Below, piece after piece: positions 20,807-32,542 of a stretch of DNA of 64,000 bases. The stretch comes from a virus. Where the stretch lies: the IMG/VR virus record IMGVR_UViG_3300035183_000460, positions 32,001 through 96,000 of that record; one strand, given 5' to 3'. The notes under the pieces were generated by a model. It made no database searches. It had not been told where the DNA came from and was given only the letters and a program-made list of their open reading frames with translations. Both the position numbers and the translations under genes were made by a program. The stretch's first letter is position 1. Every line of letters starts with the position of its first letter.

Positions 20807-21565
20807 ATGAACAAAACATCTTTAGAAAAAATATTACAACATCCAGATAAAGATGAAATTATTTCTAAACTTATTATCGGCATTTCGCCTAAAACTATTA
20901 CCGAATGGCTTAAAGGAAAGTATACAAATGTCGATGAGTCAAAATTTGTTATTTCAGAAAAAACAATAAAATCTTTTAAAGATAATTATTTAGATATTTA
21001 TAAAATATTAAAAGAAGATTTTGACAAAACTAAAAATGCATTAGCTACTAATGCAGAAGATCAGTTAATGCTTTCTGTTCAAAATAATCCAACTTATAAA
21101 AATAAAATGATTGAGTTGGCAAGCCAAGAAATAGATATTAAAAAAATGTTGGCTAATATGATTATTGCTATAGAAACAAGGGCTGCGCAAATATTTGATT
21201 CTATTCAAGAAGATCCAAGAAATATAAATTCTAGAAATGATAGAGTATTGCGAGAATGGTTTGATACTTTGGGAGCTAATTTAGAAAGATTTCATAAATT
21301 AGTAAATGGTGCACCTGATCAAATTATTCAACATAATATTACATTACAAGCAGTAGATCAGCATATTTCTGTATTTCATGATGTTATTAGAGACGTTTTA
21401 TCTAAAATGGATTTAGAAAGTTCAATGTATTTTATGGAATTATTTAATGAAAGAATGTCTAAACTCAAGCAACCTGATACAAATAACATGTCTACTGAAG
21501 AACGATTAGTTGAAGCAAAAATATTAAATGAAACAATTACTAAAAAAATAAATGAAACAGGATAA
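20807..21565 (+). CDS. Hypothetical protein, possibly terminase small subunit
   Basis: N-terminal HTH-like HPD..EI...L..G.S...I.EWL followed by a coiled coil; lies upstream of terL. Confidence 0.4.
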   Translation: MNKTSLEKILQHPDKDEIISKLIIGISPKTITEWLKGKYTNVDESKFVISEKTIKSFKDNYLDIYKILKEDFDKTKNALATNAEDQLMLSVQNNPTYKNKMIELASQEIDIKKMLANMIIAIETRAAQIFDSIQEDPRNINSRNDRVLREWFDTLGANLERFHKLVNGAPDQIIQHNITLQAVDQHISVFHDVIRDVLSKMDLESSMYFMELFNERMSKLKQPDTNNMSTEERLVEAKILNETITKKINETG

Positions 21566-23282
21566 TAAATATTTATTAGATCAACAATATGAAATTGATT
21601 TTAATGACCCTTATGTCCAAAAACGGCTTAAGAGTATTAAAAAATTTTTTGATCAATATGATATTGATGTTGATGAAAAATTCGAGATTCCTAACTTAGA
21701 ACTAAAATCTAAGGCATATCCAAATTTTGAAAGTTATTTTCCCGTTTCATCTCCTAGAAATTTACAAAAATGGTTAAAAGCGATACAAGATATCTATAAT
21801 CTAGAAAATTCTGGGATTGGTAGAAATCAAGCATTATTTCGCATAATTGGTAGGTGGGATGATATGGAAAAATTAGATTTTATGCACTGGCTTAGATTTT
21901 ATGAAGAAGGTAATCATTTAAAATATAAAACTGCATCTAATTGGTATGAAGGTATTGCGCCAGGCTATATTTTGCCACTTGGAAATTCTAATACAGTAAC
22001 AGATTATCACAAATCACAAGATTCAGAAAACAGTGAATCTCTAGATAAGAGACAAATAATAGAGAAGCAACGTTCCAAAATTATTGGAAGGTTAGACTCT
22101 ACTGAAAAATTACTTAGATCACAAGAAGGACAATTATTTGCAGGTAAAGAATTTGAAACATTATTAGAGATAATTTATCAATTGAAAAAGAAAATTCAAA
22201 TGATAAATAAAAAAAGTGCTTCTACAAAGCTATATGAAGATATAATTATTAGAGAAGCTAATGTTTTGAAACGTGATGGCTTTGTTAAAGCTGCTGATTT
22301 TCTTTATACTATTGCACAAATGCCATCAGATATTAGCACAATTCCTGCTCCGATGCCTCCAGCATCGCCTACTGATGTATCTGGTTCACCAACTACTGTT
22401 CCTGCAGCCGCTATTGGTAATACACCACCGGATAATAATCCGCCTGATATTTTTAATAAAAAAGATGAACAAATTAATGAAGGAATTAGTGAATTTTTAA
22501 GTGGACTTAAAGGTGGAAATATATCTGGTGAGATTGATAAAGCTGATGATGCGCTAGAAATAAATGATTCAAATGATGAACTAGAAATAAATGATTCAAC
22601 TGATGAATTAGTTGTTGAAGCTCAAGTGGTCTCTAAAGATCAAGCAACTGTTTCATCGCCATCTGCTACAACACAACCAGTAAAAGCAGATGAAAAGACT
22701 AATATTAAATTAGAAGATAAGAGTAAAACTTTTGATAATTTAATTGATGCAGCATTTGCTAACATTAAAGTAGATGATGTAATTAATAAATTAGATGAGT
22801 TGTCTAAAATATTTAAGATTAGAGAGGTTCCTCGTCAACTGGCAATAGTAGATATGATGTTAGATACTTTAGGTCTATCGTCATTTTTCCCATCTTTAGC
22901 AGAGGCAACGAATAAATCATTAGAATCAAATCAATATATTCTTACACGTATAGAAGACGTTTTATCAAAATTGCGTGGAAGCCTTGAATCAATTCATAAA
23001 ATTGATATTTCTCCTGAAGATACAGAAAGATCTGATGTGAAAGAATTAAAGAAACAGTTACAGCAAAACATAGATAAAGAAAAAGCAAGAAAACAAATTA
23101 GAAAAGAGCTAGAAGATCAAGCTATTGAACAACAAGTTAAAGAAACGCCAGAAGTAAAAATTGAAGAGGATTTAGCAGCACCAACTACAATTTCTACACC
23201 AGAAGCAGTTCCAACTTCTAAACCAGCAACTTCTGTTCAAACACCTTCTCAAACAACACCTTCTAAAACACAAACTAAATAA
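21552..23282 (+). CDS. Putative internal head protein with Pro/Thr-rich linkers
   Basis: K-x-A motifs; low-complexity linkers; 24-bp repeat. Confidence 0.65.
   Translation: MKQDNKYLLDQQYEIDFNDPYVQKRLKSIKKFFDQYDIDVDEKFEIPNLELKSKAYPNFESYFPVSSPRNLQKWLKAIQDIYNLENSGIGRNQALFRIIGRWDDMEKLDFMHWLRFYEEGNHLKYKTASNWYEGIAPGYILPLGNSNTVTDYHKSQDSENSESLDKRQIIEKQRSKIIGRLDSTEKLLRSQEGQLFAGKEFETLLEIIYQLKKKIQMINKKSASTKLYEDIIIREANVLKRDGFVKAADFLYTIAQMPSDISTIPAPMPPASPTDVSGSPTTVPAAAIGNTPPDNNPPDIFNKKDEQINEGISEFLSGLKGGNISGEIDKADDALEINDSNDELEINDSTDELVVEAQVVSKDQATVSSPSATTQPVKADEKTNIKLEDKSKTFDNLIDAAFANIKVDDVINKLDELSKIFKIREVPRQLAIVDMMLDTLGLSSFFPSLAEATNKSLESNQYILTRIEDVLSKLRGSLESIHKIDISPEDTERSDVKELKKQLQQNIDKEKARKQIRKELEDQAIEQQVKETPEVKIEEDLAAPTTISTPEAVPTSKPATSVQTPSQTTPSKTQTK
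22554..22608 (+). repeat. 24-bp coding tandem duplication (LEINDSxDE x2)
   Basis: ctagaaataaatgattcaa occurs twice, 24 bp apart. Confidence 0.8.
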
Positions 23283-23423
23283 TACATAAGTATGAATAAA
23301 ATATAATATGTTTATGATTTTAAAGTAGTGTTTTTGTGTTAATTGTAGTTAATAAATATAAGAATAAACAATATTTTGTAAAATAAAATTAATTAAACAG
23401 TAAGTATATGATGGACATATTAA

Positions 23424-24182
23424 ATGAGATTAAAAGATTTATTAAATATAATGCAAAATATTGCAAAAGAAAAATTAATATCATCACCAATGATATGTGG
23501 TGGAACTCCAAGAGATAAATTATTAGGTCGTTTAGATATAGTTTCTGATTTGGATATTACAACTGGCGATAAAACTGTTAGTTATTTAGCAAAAGAATTA
23601 TCTATAATTTTATCAAAAAAATATAATATTATAACTAAAACAATGGATGATGGACATTCATCTATTTTTATAGGAAATCTAAAACTTGATTTTTCTTCTA
23701 ATTTTAATATTCCAAATATAGATAAAATATTGTATAATATAGGAATTAAAGATCCAACAAGTATGCAGAAAGAATTATATAGTAGAGATTTTACATGTAA
23801 CGCATTATTAATGTCTTTAGATTTAAAGAATATTTATGATATACTTGGTCGTGGAATAGATGATATTAAAAATAAAAAAATATCTACATGTTTGGATCCT
23901 TCTATTACCCTTACAGTTAATAAAAATAGAGTTATAAGATCTATTTATCTATCAGCAAAGTTAGATTTTGATATTGATTTAAATATTGTTAATTGGGTTT
24001 CTAAAAATCCAGAATCTATAAGATTTGCTTCGGAAAAATCTATGTCAGAAAAATTAAATAAGGCTATGGAATATAATCCAGAAAGAACATTATATTGGTT
24101 AAATAAAATGAATGTGTGGAATTATATTCCTATTACTGAATCTTTATACCCATATTATATTAAACATGTTAAAGGTAAATAA
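23424..24182 (+). CDS. CCA-adding/poly(A) polymerase-family nucleotidyltransferase
   Basis: CGGTPRD.LLG...DLDI; RDFTCNAL; G..DI..K.I; R..R..Y. Confidence 0.85.
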   Translation: MRLKDLLNIMQNIAKEKLISSPMICGGTPRDKLLGRLDIVSDLDITTGDKTVSYLAKELSIILSKKYNIITKTMDDGHSSIFIGNLKLDFSSNFNIPNIDKILYNIGIKDPTSMQKELYSRDFTCNALLMSLDLKNIYDILGRGIDDIKNKKISTCLDPSITLTVNKNRVIRSIYLSAKLDFDIDLNIVNWVSKNPESIRFASEKSMSEKLNKAMEYNPERTLYWLNKMNVWNYIPITESLYPYYIKHVKGK

Positions 24183-24694
24183 TGTCAAACGGTAATGATT
24201 TAGGTCATATAAATTCTAGAAAATTATTCTTTAAGAATTATGATTTATATGATACTGATGGAACTGATAATTCTGACAAGAATGGTCCAGGTACTGGATT
24301 GTATCAAAATATGATTAAATATAAAAGTGTTTATGATTTTTTAAAACAAAAAAGAAAAAAAAGAATGAAAAATAGAAAAAATGCATTATTAAAGTTTTTG
24401 TGTGCATCGTATGATATCAATAGTATTGATTTTCCTTTGGATGAAAGTTCTAATACAATTATGTATGACAATACAGAATTATCAAATATTGGTTTACTTG
24501 ATGGTATTAATCCAGAACAAATTGATGATGAATGGCATACTGTTGGAAAGTTATATTATGGTACTAAAGATTCTCCTACTACAATTTTATATAATCCTTT
24601 AGGAATTCAAGATGGTAATAAAAGAGCCATTGATGAAGAGCCAGAAGAAATTAAGAATATTTATTATGGCATAAATAGAATGGGGCACCCCTAA
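24182..24694 (+). CDS. Hypothetical protein
   Basis: TAATG overlap; basic patch QKRKKR. Confidence 0.7.
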   Translation: MSNGNDLGHINSRKLFFKNYDLYDTDGTDNSDKNGPGTGLYQNMIKYKSVYDFLKQKRKKRMKNRKNALLKFLCASYDINSIDFPLDESSNTIMYDNTELSNIGLLDGINPEQIDDEWHTVGKLYYGTKDSPTTILYNPLGIQDGNKRAIDEEPEEIKNIYYGINRMGHP

Positions 24695-24750
24695 TATTTT
24701 ATCATTATTAATGTATATATATAATAAAATGGTATAATTTTGAGGTATTT

Positions 24751-25731
24751 ATGTCTTTGCAAACAACAGCACAAGAGCTAGAAGTAGTAGAAGAGACGCC
24801 ATCTGAATATGTAGTTTTACAGCCTGTATCTACTCAAATACAACCATCTATGATAACTGTACATACAACGGCTGAACCAACAACGTCTAAACCAACAATA
24901 TCTGAAGAATATGTTGAAAGTGTAAAGCCTGTTGAGTGTTTAGAACTTGTTGAATGTGTAGAACCTACAGATGAAATTGTTGTTGAAGATTTGGGAGAAA
25001 TACCTGGATTAAATGGTAAATTGGATCCGGTTAAAGAAAAAGTTCTTGAAGTATCAGAATCTGATTCTAATGAAGAAGATAAGTTAGATGTTAATGATAA
25101 TACCAAATCTAAAAAAGATGATCGTTGGGATTGGGAGTCTAAAGGTCCAGTAGGATTTGTAGCTTGGGTATATGATAGATTTGCATCTGTACCAAAACAT
25201 TCTGGATATGATTCTGCTGGAATAGAACGAGCAATTGCATTTTTAGAAAAATTAGATAATGAAATTTCTAGGGCTATGCGATTGGACCTAGATGGTGAAT
25301 TAGATTTTAATCAAATAGAAGATATTCGTTCCAAAATAGAAGATGGAATTGAAAGACTATATAATAGATTAGATAAAATTAAAAGCAAATCAAAAAAGAA
25401 ACGTAAAAAAGCTGATGAATCGTATGAGCTAATCAAAGAAGCTCAAAAAATTCCTGGTGTTTCTGGAATATATGTAACTGTTCCTTTATTAATTTCTAGA
25501 ATTGCTAGAGTTTGTATAAATGGTATGGTATCTGCAGGGCATGATATTGAAGATCTGTTTAATCGACAAGTTAAAAAATATAAACTTAATGATCGTGAAA
25601 AAGCAGAAACAATGCAATTATTATCAGATATGGGGTATCCATTAAGACAAGATCGTGGATTTTTGTTAGATGAAGATGTAGATACTCGTTCTTCTGATAA
25701 TTTTGATTGGAATGCAAACTATAAGGGATAA
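24751..25731 (+). CDS. Putative head-associated protein
   Basis: SD gaggt; acidic N-terminus; LIKEAQ motif. Confidence 0.7.
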   Translation: MSLQTTAQELEVVEETPSEYVVLQPVSTQIQPSMITVHTTAEPTTSKPTISEEYVESVKPVECLELVECVEPTDEIVVEDLGEIPGLNGKLDPVKEKVLEVSESDSNEEDKLDVNDNTKSKKDDRWDWESKGPVGFVAWVYDRFASVPKHSGYDSAGIERAIAFLEKLDNEISRAMRLDLDGELDFNQIEDIRSKIEDGIERLYNRLDKIKSKSKKKRKKADESYELIKEAQKIPGVSGIYVTVPLLISRIARVCINGMVSAGHDIEDLFNRQVKKYKLNDREKAETMQLLSDMGYPLRQDRGFLLDEDVDTRSSDNFDWNANYKG

Positions 25732-25732
25732 T

Positions 25733-26341
25733 ATGTCAAGAAATAGATATCAAAATATAATTTCTAGAGAATCTGATGCTTCAATTGTTGATGACTATTG
25801 GTTTAAACAATATCAAAAAATGTTAGATAAAAATGCCGTACAACCATTATCTAAGACAAAATCTATTTATGATCAAATATCTGCAATCATAAATAAAAAA
25901 TCTAAATTTCCTTCAGTAGAAGCTGCAGTTAAAGATATGCAAGAACGAAGTGGAATTATTGCTTATTGGGAAAAATTATCTAAAAAATCAAATGTTAATT
26001 TAAAAAAAGCTGATGTAGAGACTACAGAACCTGAAATATTAAAAAAATTTCCTAATATTAAAAAAACTTTAGAAAATTATATTCGTGATACTAAAGGTAA
26101 TTTAGATTTGCCTGCTATAATAGAGAAAGTTAAAACCATACATAAACTTGATGGTCCACAATCCAAAGATTGGGAAGATGAGAATTTCATTAGGTTTGTA
26201 TATAAAATGAATTTTGATGAGAAATCAAAATATGATCAAAATTCTTCTGATTTTGCAAATTTAGGAAAATTAGATCGCGATAATGATATTGATCCTGCAA
26301 ATACTGATGCATTTTTTGGATTGATGCCATATAAAATATAA
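25733..26341 (+). CDS. Hypothetical protein
   Basis: ATG 25733 just after upstream stop (track start 25703 is TTG inside the previous gene). Confidence 0.7.
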   Translation: MSRNRYQNIISRESDASIVDDYWFKQYQKMLDKNAVQPLSKTKSIYDQISAIINKKSKFPSVEAAVKDMQERSGIIAYWEKLSKKSNVNLKKADVETTEPEILKKFPNIKKTLENYIRDTKGNLDLPAIIEKVKTIHKLDGPQSKDWEDENFIRFVYKMNFDEKSKYDQNSSDFANLGKLDRDNDIDPANTDAFFGLMPYKI

Positions 26342-26369
26342 TATATGTCAATATATTGTAATAGTTTAT

Positions 26370-28232
26370 ATGACAAGTAGCTCTAAAGAACTATTTGATA
26401 AATTAAGAATATCTTTATTAAATATTGATCCTGTAGCGTTTGTTGAATCCTATTTAACATTGGACGGACATCCATTTTCATTAACTAATAATGGATATAA
26501 ACCCTTTGCAGATATTTATAGATATGTTGGCATTAAAGCATTAGAACCAGATTCTAAACCTGTTATTTTAGTAAAAGGTCGTCAGGTAGGCGGTACAACA
26601 ATGGCAACCGCTTTGGAAATGTATTTTATGGGCAGCGGATTATTTGGTACAGGAAATAAGCCTCCAATTAGAATCATACACGCTTTTCCTCAATTGGAAG
26701 TTGCTGCAGCATATTCTAAAACTAAATTAAATCCAATGATTTCTGGGTCAGTTCGTAGAGACTCACATTCAAAAAAATCTGGAGAAAAAAACAAATCTTA
26801 TTTGCAATCATTATTAGATACTACAACAGATACAAATAATTCTTTACATTTTAAACAGTTTGTTGGTGGTAATCATATTTGGATTGAATCTACAGGTTTA
26901 GATGCTGACCGTCTTCGTGGTCGTACCGCAGATGTTATTTTTTTTGATGAATGTCAAGATATTCCAGATGTTGCAATTAACAATGCAACTAAAATGCTTT
27001 CACAGGCAAAATATGGTGCTATTGGATCTGGGGTTCAAATGTATTTTGGTACTCCTAAGAAAAAAGGATCTGGATATCACAAAATGTGGCTGGCATCCAA
27101 CCAACAATATTATTATCTTGGTTGTGAAAAATGTAAAAAACATTTTCCTTTATATACACCAGAATCAGATGATTGGGAGAAAATTTGGTTGTATGAATAC
27201 ATTGTAAGATGTACTCACTGCAATCATGAACAAGATAAAAGACAGGCTGCTGAGAGAGGTAAATGGGTAGCATCTACTAATACAGAAGACGCTATTTATA
27301 TAGGATTTCATATTAATCAATTATATATGCCTTTATTGAAAAAGGAGCATATTTTATCACAAAAACCTGGAGTACATCCAACTGCAACTGAAAGATCTTA
27401 TCGTAATGAAGTTTTAGGAGAATTTTTTCAAGGAGATGCAAGTCCTATTACTCCAGAAGAAATTAGAATTAATTGTGGTGATATTGAAAGGAAATTTAGA
27501 GCAAGAATACAACCAAATGAAGAAAAAATGGTTGTATTAGGAATTGACTATGGTGCTAGATCTGATTTAGAGCAATTAGCAAATCCAAATACATCTAAGA
27601 TTCAGGGACAATCATATAGTACTGCAGTTGTTTTATCAGTTAAAGGTCCCGGTCTATTATCTATAGAATTCGCTACAAAATTTAAAAGAAATGATATGGA
27701 TAGTAAAAAGGGAATTATTGATCAAATAATGAGGCAATATAGTGTAAATTTAGCAATTGGAGATATAGGATATTCAAATGATTTTTCTACTATGCTTCAT
27801 AACAGTTATGGTGACAGATATATCGTATCTAGAGCTCATAATAAAGTAAATAATCACATAAAGTATAATAAGGATTCATATCCTAAAGAATTAGTTTTTG
27901 AGAGAGATTTTTATATTAGCGAATTATTTGAAATTATGAAAAAAGGACAAATAAGGTTTCCATTAGGAGATTTTGAAAAAGTAGGATGGTTAATAAATCA
28001 TTGTTCTAGCATGGAAATTAAATCGTCTATATCTAGATCTGGAGATCCAACTGTTCATTATGTTAAAGGTAGTACACCTAATGATGGATTTATGGCATTA
28101 CTAAATGCTTATTTAGCATATAAGTTTTTATTAACTGACGGATTTACAAATTTTAACCCATTATTACAAAAACAAGAATTAAAAAATAATAAGCCTTTGG
28201 CTGTAATTGGATTTATTCCTCGTAGATTTTAA
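26370..28232 (+). CDS. terL: Terminase large subunit (GpA-like)
   Basis: KGRQVGGTT Walker A variant; IFFDE Walker B; FGTP; CxxC..CxxC; GFHINQL; NEVLGE; RNase H-like GIDYG. Confidence 0.88.
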   Translation: MTSSSKELFDKLRISLLNIDPVAFVESYLTLDGHPFSLTNNGYKPFADIYRYVGIKALEPDSKPVILVKGRQVGGTTMATALEMYFMGSGLFGTGNKPPIRIIHAFPQLEVAAAYSKTKLNPMISGSVRRDSHSKKSGEKNKSYLQSLLDTTTDTNNSLHFKQFVGGNHIWIESTGLDADRLRGRTADVIFFDECQDIPDVAINNATKMLSQAKYGAIGSGVQMYFGTPKKKGSGYHKMWLASNQQYYYLGCEKCKKHFPLYTPESDDWEKIWLYEYIVRCTHCNHEQDKRQAAERGKWVASTNTEDAIYIGFHINQLYMPLLKKEHILSQKPGVHPTATERSYRNEVLGEFFQGDASPITPEEIRINCGDIERKFRARIQPNEEKMVVLGIDYGARSDLEQLANPNTSKIQGQSYSTAVVLSVKGPGLLSIEFATKFKRNDMDSKKGIIDQIMRQYSVNLAIGDIGYSNDFSTMLHNSYGDRYIVSRAHNKVNNHIKYNKDSYPKELVFERDFYISELFEIMKKGQIRFPLGDFEKVGWLINHCSSMEIKSSISRSGDPTVHYVKGSTPNDGFMALLNAYLAYKFLLTDGFTNFNPLLQKQELKNNKPLAVIGFIPRRF

Positions 28233-28539
28233 ATATTTAATTGTTTTATGCAAATAAAACAATAAGATTCGTTATAATGATCATTTACATATAATTTAAT
28301 GTATTGTTATATATTTTCACAATAGTATATGTTTTCATTATAACCAACTATTATACTGATATATCTAAAGATAGAATATACATTGAAAATAAATAAATAA
28401 CTTTATATATTTTGCTATGAAAACACAAAAAGTATAGACGTCAGAACATCAATAAGTCTATTTTACAGTATAAATAATGATAGTTACAAGATATCTACAT
28501 TATATTGTTAATAATTGACAGTCTACTATAAAAGGAAAT

Positions 28540-30297
28540 ATGTCTTTTATTAAATCAAAATCAGAAAAGTTCTTAGAGCGTAGAGGAAATGTTCCTCAAA
28601 TTAGTGCTATAATGGCACAATCAGTATCAGAATATAGACGTGATATGTTAGCAAACGAAGTTGCTCACGGATTATTTTCAGATGGATCAGATAGAAATAT
28701 AAAAAATGAATTAACTGATGCTGGAAATGTTACATCATCAGTTGGCATTATTAAAAATGCACAGGTTACTACCACTAATTATCGTGGTAACAATGATACA
28801 GTAAAACAAACACCTGAAATTTATTCTCCTTTATGGTTAAATTCAAATCTTAATTTACCAAGAGATCGTGCAACTATTAATGCGTGGTGTCGTAGTTTTT
28901 ATGCATTAAATCCATTTGTTCATAATGCTATAAATCTTCATAGTACATATCCTATTAGCAAATTAAATATAAAATGTGCCAACAAGGAAGTTGAAAATTT
29001 CTTTAATGATATGATTGAAGAAATTGATTTGATGAATATTTGTGTTCAAATAGCACAAGAATTTTGGTTATTAGGAGAAGCTTTTGTTTATGCCGAATTA
29101 GATATTTCTAAGGGAAAATGGAGTAGGTTATTTATTCAAAATCCTGACTACATGATAGTTAAACGTACAGCAATAGCATCAGATCCTATAATAATGTTAA
29201 GACCTGATGAAAATTTGAAACGAATAGTATTTTCTAATAAGCCGTCAGATATTGAGCAAAGAAAGCAATTAAATAATCATATTATTGATTGTGTTAAGCG
29301 TGGAGAAAATATTCCTTTAGATGGATTCAATGTTTCTCATTTATCAAGAAAAATTAGCCCATATGAAATTCGTGGAACCGGTTTACCTGTATGTATTTTT
29401 CGTCAATTAATGCTTTTTGATAAACTTCGTGAAAGCAAATATGCTCAAGCCGATAATATGATTAATCCGCTAACATTAGTTAAAGTTGGTGGCGGTGATG
29501 GTGGATATAAGCCTACTTTTGCTGATCTTGAAAATTGGAGATCGATTTTTGAAGAAGCTCAATATGATAAAGATTTTAAAATATTTACTCATGAAGGTGT
29601 TACTATAGAGCGTATTGGTGCAGGTAGTGGCATATATGATATTTCTTCTGATATTACTCAATTAGTTAAAGAAATTTATACAGGTTTGCAAGTTCCATCA
29701 GTATTAATGGATGGCGGATCTGATACCACTTATGCAAACGGAGGGGTAGCTTTAGATGTATTAAGACAACGCTATATGCAGTTTAGAAATATGTTAGCAA
29801 TATGGCTAAAAAGAAAAATATTTGCTCCAATTTCTAAATTACAAGGATTTTATGAATATAAGGGTAATGGTAATAAATCTGAAAAGCAATTAATCGTGCC
29901 AGAAGTAGAATGGAATCATATGTCATTATTTGATGCTGGCGATTATATTCAAAATTTGATTAATTTAACTCAAGGAGAAGGTGAAGCAAAACGTGTATCA
30001 TTGACTACATTATATAAGTCGCTAGGACTAGAATGGGAAGATGAAATGCGTAAAATGCGTAAAGAGGCTATTTGTGCTGCTATTGCTAAAAAAGAAAAAG
30101 CAGCATTAGAGGCAATGGATTTGACAGCATTGAGATCTTTAAGTGATGATGATGAGATTATGGAGCCATCATCTACCAATGAATCTGCTGTACCTGGTGA
30201 ACCGTCTGGAGAAAAATCTGATTTAGGTACGTTACCAGGAATGGAATCACCAACTGCATCTCCATCTATGCCTCCTGCAACTCCACCTACATCATAA
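28540..30297 (+). CDS. Portal protein
   Basis: Follows terL; P.VHNAINLH, EFWLLGEAF, HL.RK.SPYE.RG, TGLQVP, SYA-like TYAN; Pro-rich tail. Confidence 0.82.
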   Translation: MSFIKSKSEKFLERRGNVPQISAIMAQSVSEYRRDMLANEVAHGLFSDGSDRNIKNELTDAGNVTSSVGIIKNAQVTTTNYRGNNDTVKQTPEIYSPLWLNSNLNLPRDRATINAWCRSFYALNPFVHNAINLHSTYPISKLNIKCANKEVENFFNDMIEEIDLMNICVQIAQEFWLLGEAFVYAELDISKGKWSRLFIQNPDYMIVKRTAIASDPIIMLRPDENLKRIVFSNKPSDIEQRKQLNNHIIDCVKRGENIPLDGFNVSHLSRKISPYEIRGTGLPVCIFRQLMLFDKLRESKYAQADNMINPLTLVKVGGGDGGYKPTFADLENWRSIFEEAQYDKDFKIFTHEGVTIERIGAGSGIYDISSDITQLVKEIYTGLQVPSVLMDGGSDTTYANGGVALDVLRQRYMQFRNMLAIWLKRKIFAPISKLQGFYEYKGNGNKSEKQLIVPEVEWNHMSLFDAGDYIQNLINLTQGEGEAKRVSLTTLYKSLGLEWEDEMRKMRKEAICAAIAKKEKAALEAMDLTALRSLSDDDEIMEPSSTNESAVPGEPSGEKSDLGTLPGMESPTASPSMPPATPPTS

Positions 30298-30551
30298 TAT
30301 AGATTATAGGCGGCAAATAATCATTAGTTTATTATTGTTATTTTGATGTTATAATGTACTTATTAACATACATCACACTATATTTATAATTGTATTAATA
30401 ATTACATATTGAGCAACATGAGATATGTATCATAAGACTATACAAAGAAATCTTATAATCATACTATTTTGGTAGTCTGAATACATAAGACTATGTATAT
30501 TTAGGTATCAATTATGTTAAATATACTAGTTACATTAGTATTGGAGTATTT

Positions 30552-31772
30552 ATGAATAAAATAGCTCAGAGAAGAAGTCTACTCAGTAAATTGCGTGAAA
30601 AATTAGATATTGGTGGTCATGCTGCTGAAATGTTTAGTCCTACATTTGCTAAAATTATGGAAGATCTAAATAATATTGATGATTCTATTAGAGAAATATT
30701 ATTAGAATCTGATTTAAAGGGTTTACTTGCAGAGGCAAGATCTAATTTTAATCGTCGAGAATATATGTTATCAGTTTCAAAATTAAAAGATTTTCATACA
30801 ATATTAGATAAAATTTATAAGATTCTTAGTAATTTTAAAGCAGATGTTTCTCGTGTTCATGAAGAATTTTTATTTAAAGATTTAGATGAAGAAACAAAAC
30901 AAAGTTTGCTTGGATTAAAATCAAAATTTGATACAACTGCATCTTTATCTAATATCTTGTTTAAAGAAGCAGGCATTTTAGATTGGTGGTATACTATTAC
31001 TACTGATCGTGGTAAAGCTATGAGGGCTTGGGAAAAAAGATATCCTGATAAAATGAGACAATTAAAATCTCAAACAGATTTATTAATTTCTAGGTCTGAG
31101 CAGCTTTTTGATCTACTATTAAAAGAATTAAAAAATATGTCTTGGGCTCGCGCCAAAAGAAAAGTTGAAGACTATTTAAAATCATCTGAAAAATTCATTA
31201 AAAAATATGAAGAATATAATAAACAATTTAAACAATATTATGTAGATAATATTAAAAATTTTGTTGAAAAATTACAACTAGAAACATCTAAAAAAGTTGT
31301 AACTGATGACGATGAAGGTAAGCAATTAATTTCTTTGCCTAAGACAGAACCTATTAAGCCAAAGATACCTACCGAACAGGCTAAACAAGAATCTTTGAGT
31401 AAGTTAGACACTATTTATGGTCCTGATACAGAAACTGCTGAAAAAAGGCGCCAGAAAGCTGAATTAAGAAAAGAATTAGAGTATGCCGAACAACAGAAAA
31501 AAAAGCAACTTGCAGAGGAAAGTGCAAAAAATACAGTAGATAAAGATAAAGAAAAAAATACAGTAGATAAAGAAAAAGATAAAGATAACGATAAAAATGT
31601 AAAATCATCAAAATCTTCTCATCAGAGATTTCTAAATACTTTAGAGATATTAGCAAATGAGCATCCTATAATTTTAGCTAAAGAAATATATAAATACGCT
31701 AAATATATAGAAAATACAGACAAACAAACTAGTTTAAAACTTTTTAAAATTGTTGATGGTATTATAAAGTAA
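30552..31772 (+). CDS. Putative internal head protein
   Basis: MNKIAQ and LFKEAG motifs; KD-rich repeat. Confidence 0.65.
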   Translation: MNKIAQRRSLLSKLREKLDIGGHAAEMFSPTFAKIMEDLNNIDDSIREILLESDLKGLLAEARSNFNRREYMLSVSKLKDFHTILDKIYKILSNFKADVSRVHEEFLFKDLDEETKQSLLGLKSKFDTTASLSNILFKEAGILDWWYTITTDRGKAMRAWEKRYPDKMRQLKSQTDLLISRSEQLFDLLLKELKNMSWARAKRKVEDYLKSSEKFIKKYEEYNKQFKQYYVDNIKNFVEKLQLETSKKVVTDDDEGKQLISLPKTEPIKPKIPTEQAKQESLSKLDTIYGPDTETAEKRRQKAELRKELEYAEQQKKKQLAEESAKNTVDKDKEKNTVDKEKDKDNDKNVKSSKSSHQRFLNTLEILANEHPIILAKEIYKYAKYIENTDKQTSLKLFKIVDGIIK

Positions 31773-32542
31773 TGGGTCAAAGAGTTCCACGTATTAGAAC
31801 AGAAGTCTCTGAATCAGAACTGGTAAAAGCATTAATTGATGCTTGGCAGAAACTTTTTGGTTCTATGCCAACTAAAGAACAAATAGCTATGCTATTGGCA
31901 CAAAATGCTTTGGAAACTGGGCATAGAAGAAGTATGTGGAACTACAATATTGGTAATGTAACTACTGATGGCAAAGGAAAATACAATTATTTTGATGATC
32001 TTACAACAAATGAACAAATTTCTCCAGGTAAATGGAAGAAAATGAATTTGAAGTATCGTGCTTTTAATACTTTAGAGGAGGGTGCGTTAGATTATATTCA
32101 ATTTTTGAAAAATAATTATGCTAATGCATGGCAGCATATAATAAATCCAAATCCAGAAGAATATTCTAAAGCATTAAAAAAAGCCGGATATTATACTGCA
32201 GATGAAATTCCATATACACAAAATATGGTTAGTTTGTTTTCACATTTTAATAAGTCGCCTGAATATGATAAAGTAAAATCTGGAATTACAGAAGAATCAA
32301 ACGTGATGGTAAATAACGATTCTATATCTAATAAATCTAATTTTATTATGAAAATAAAGGACTTGTTAGATGAGTTAATGGTATCATTATCATCGTTAGA
32401 AAAATATAATATTGTTAAAAAACAAAAATTAAATATTAATACTTTTTCATATATAGATAGGGCGTATAAAAATAAAAAAATTGCTAGGAAAAATTTTATT
32501 AAAATAATGGATAAAATATGGTATCCGAACAAGAATGTTTAA
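31772..32542 (+). CDS. GH73/FlgJ-like peptidoglycan hydrolase
   Basis: LAQNALETG, NYNIGNV, KYRAF.T.EEG..DY, LKKAGYYTA..Y. Confidence 0.75.
   Translation: MGQRVPRIRTEVSESELVKALIDAWQKLFGSMPTKEQIAMLLAQNALETGHRRSMWNYNIGNVTTDGKGKYNYFDDLTTNEQISPGKWKKMNLKYRAFNTLEEGALDYIQFLKNNYANAWQHIINPNPEEYSKALKKAGYYTADEIPYTQNMVSLFSHFNKSPEYDKVKSGITEESNVMVNNDSISNKSNFIMKIKDLLDELMVSLSSLEKYNIVKKQKLNINTFSYIDRAYKNKKIARKNFIKIMDKIWYPNKNV

Noticed and set aside
4445-28232. Inteins or group I introns in dnaE, recA or terL
   Set aside because: Lengths are normal, motifs are contiguous, and no splice-junction motifs or embedded endonucleases are visible
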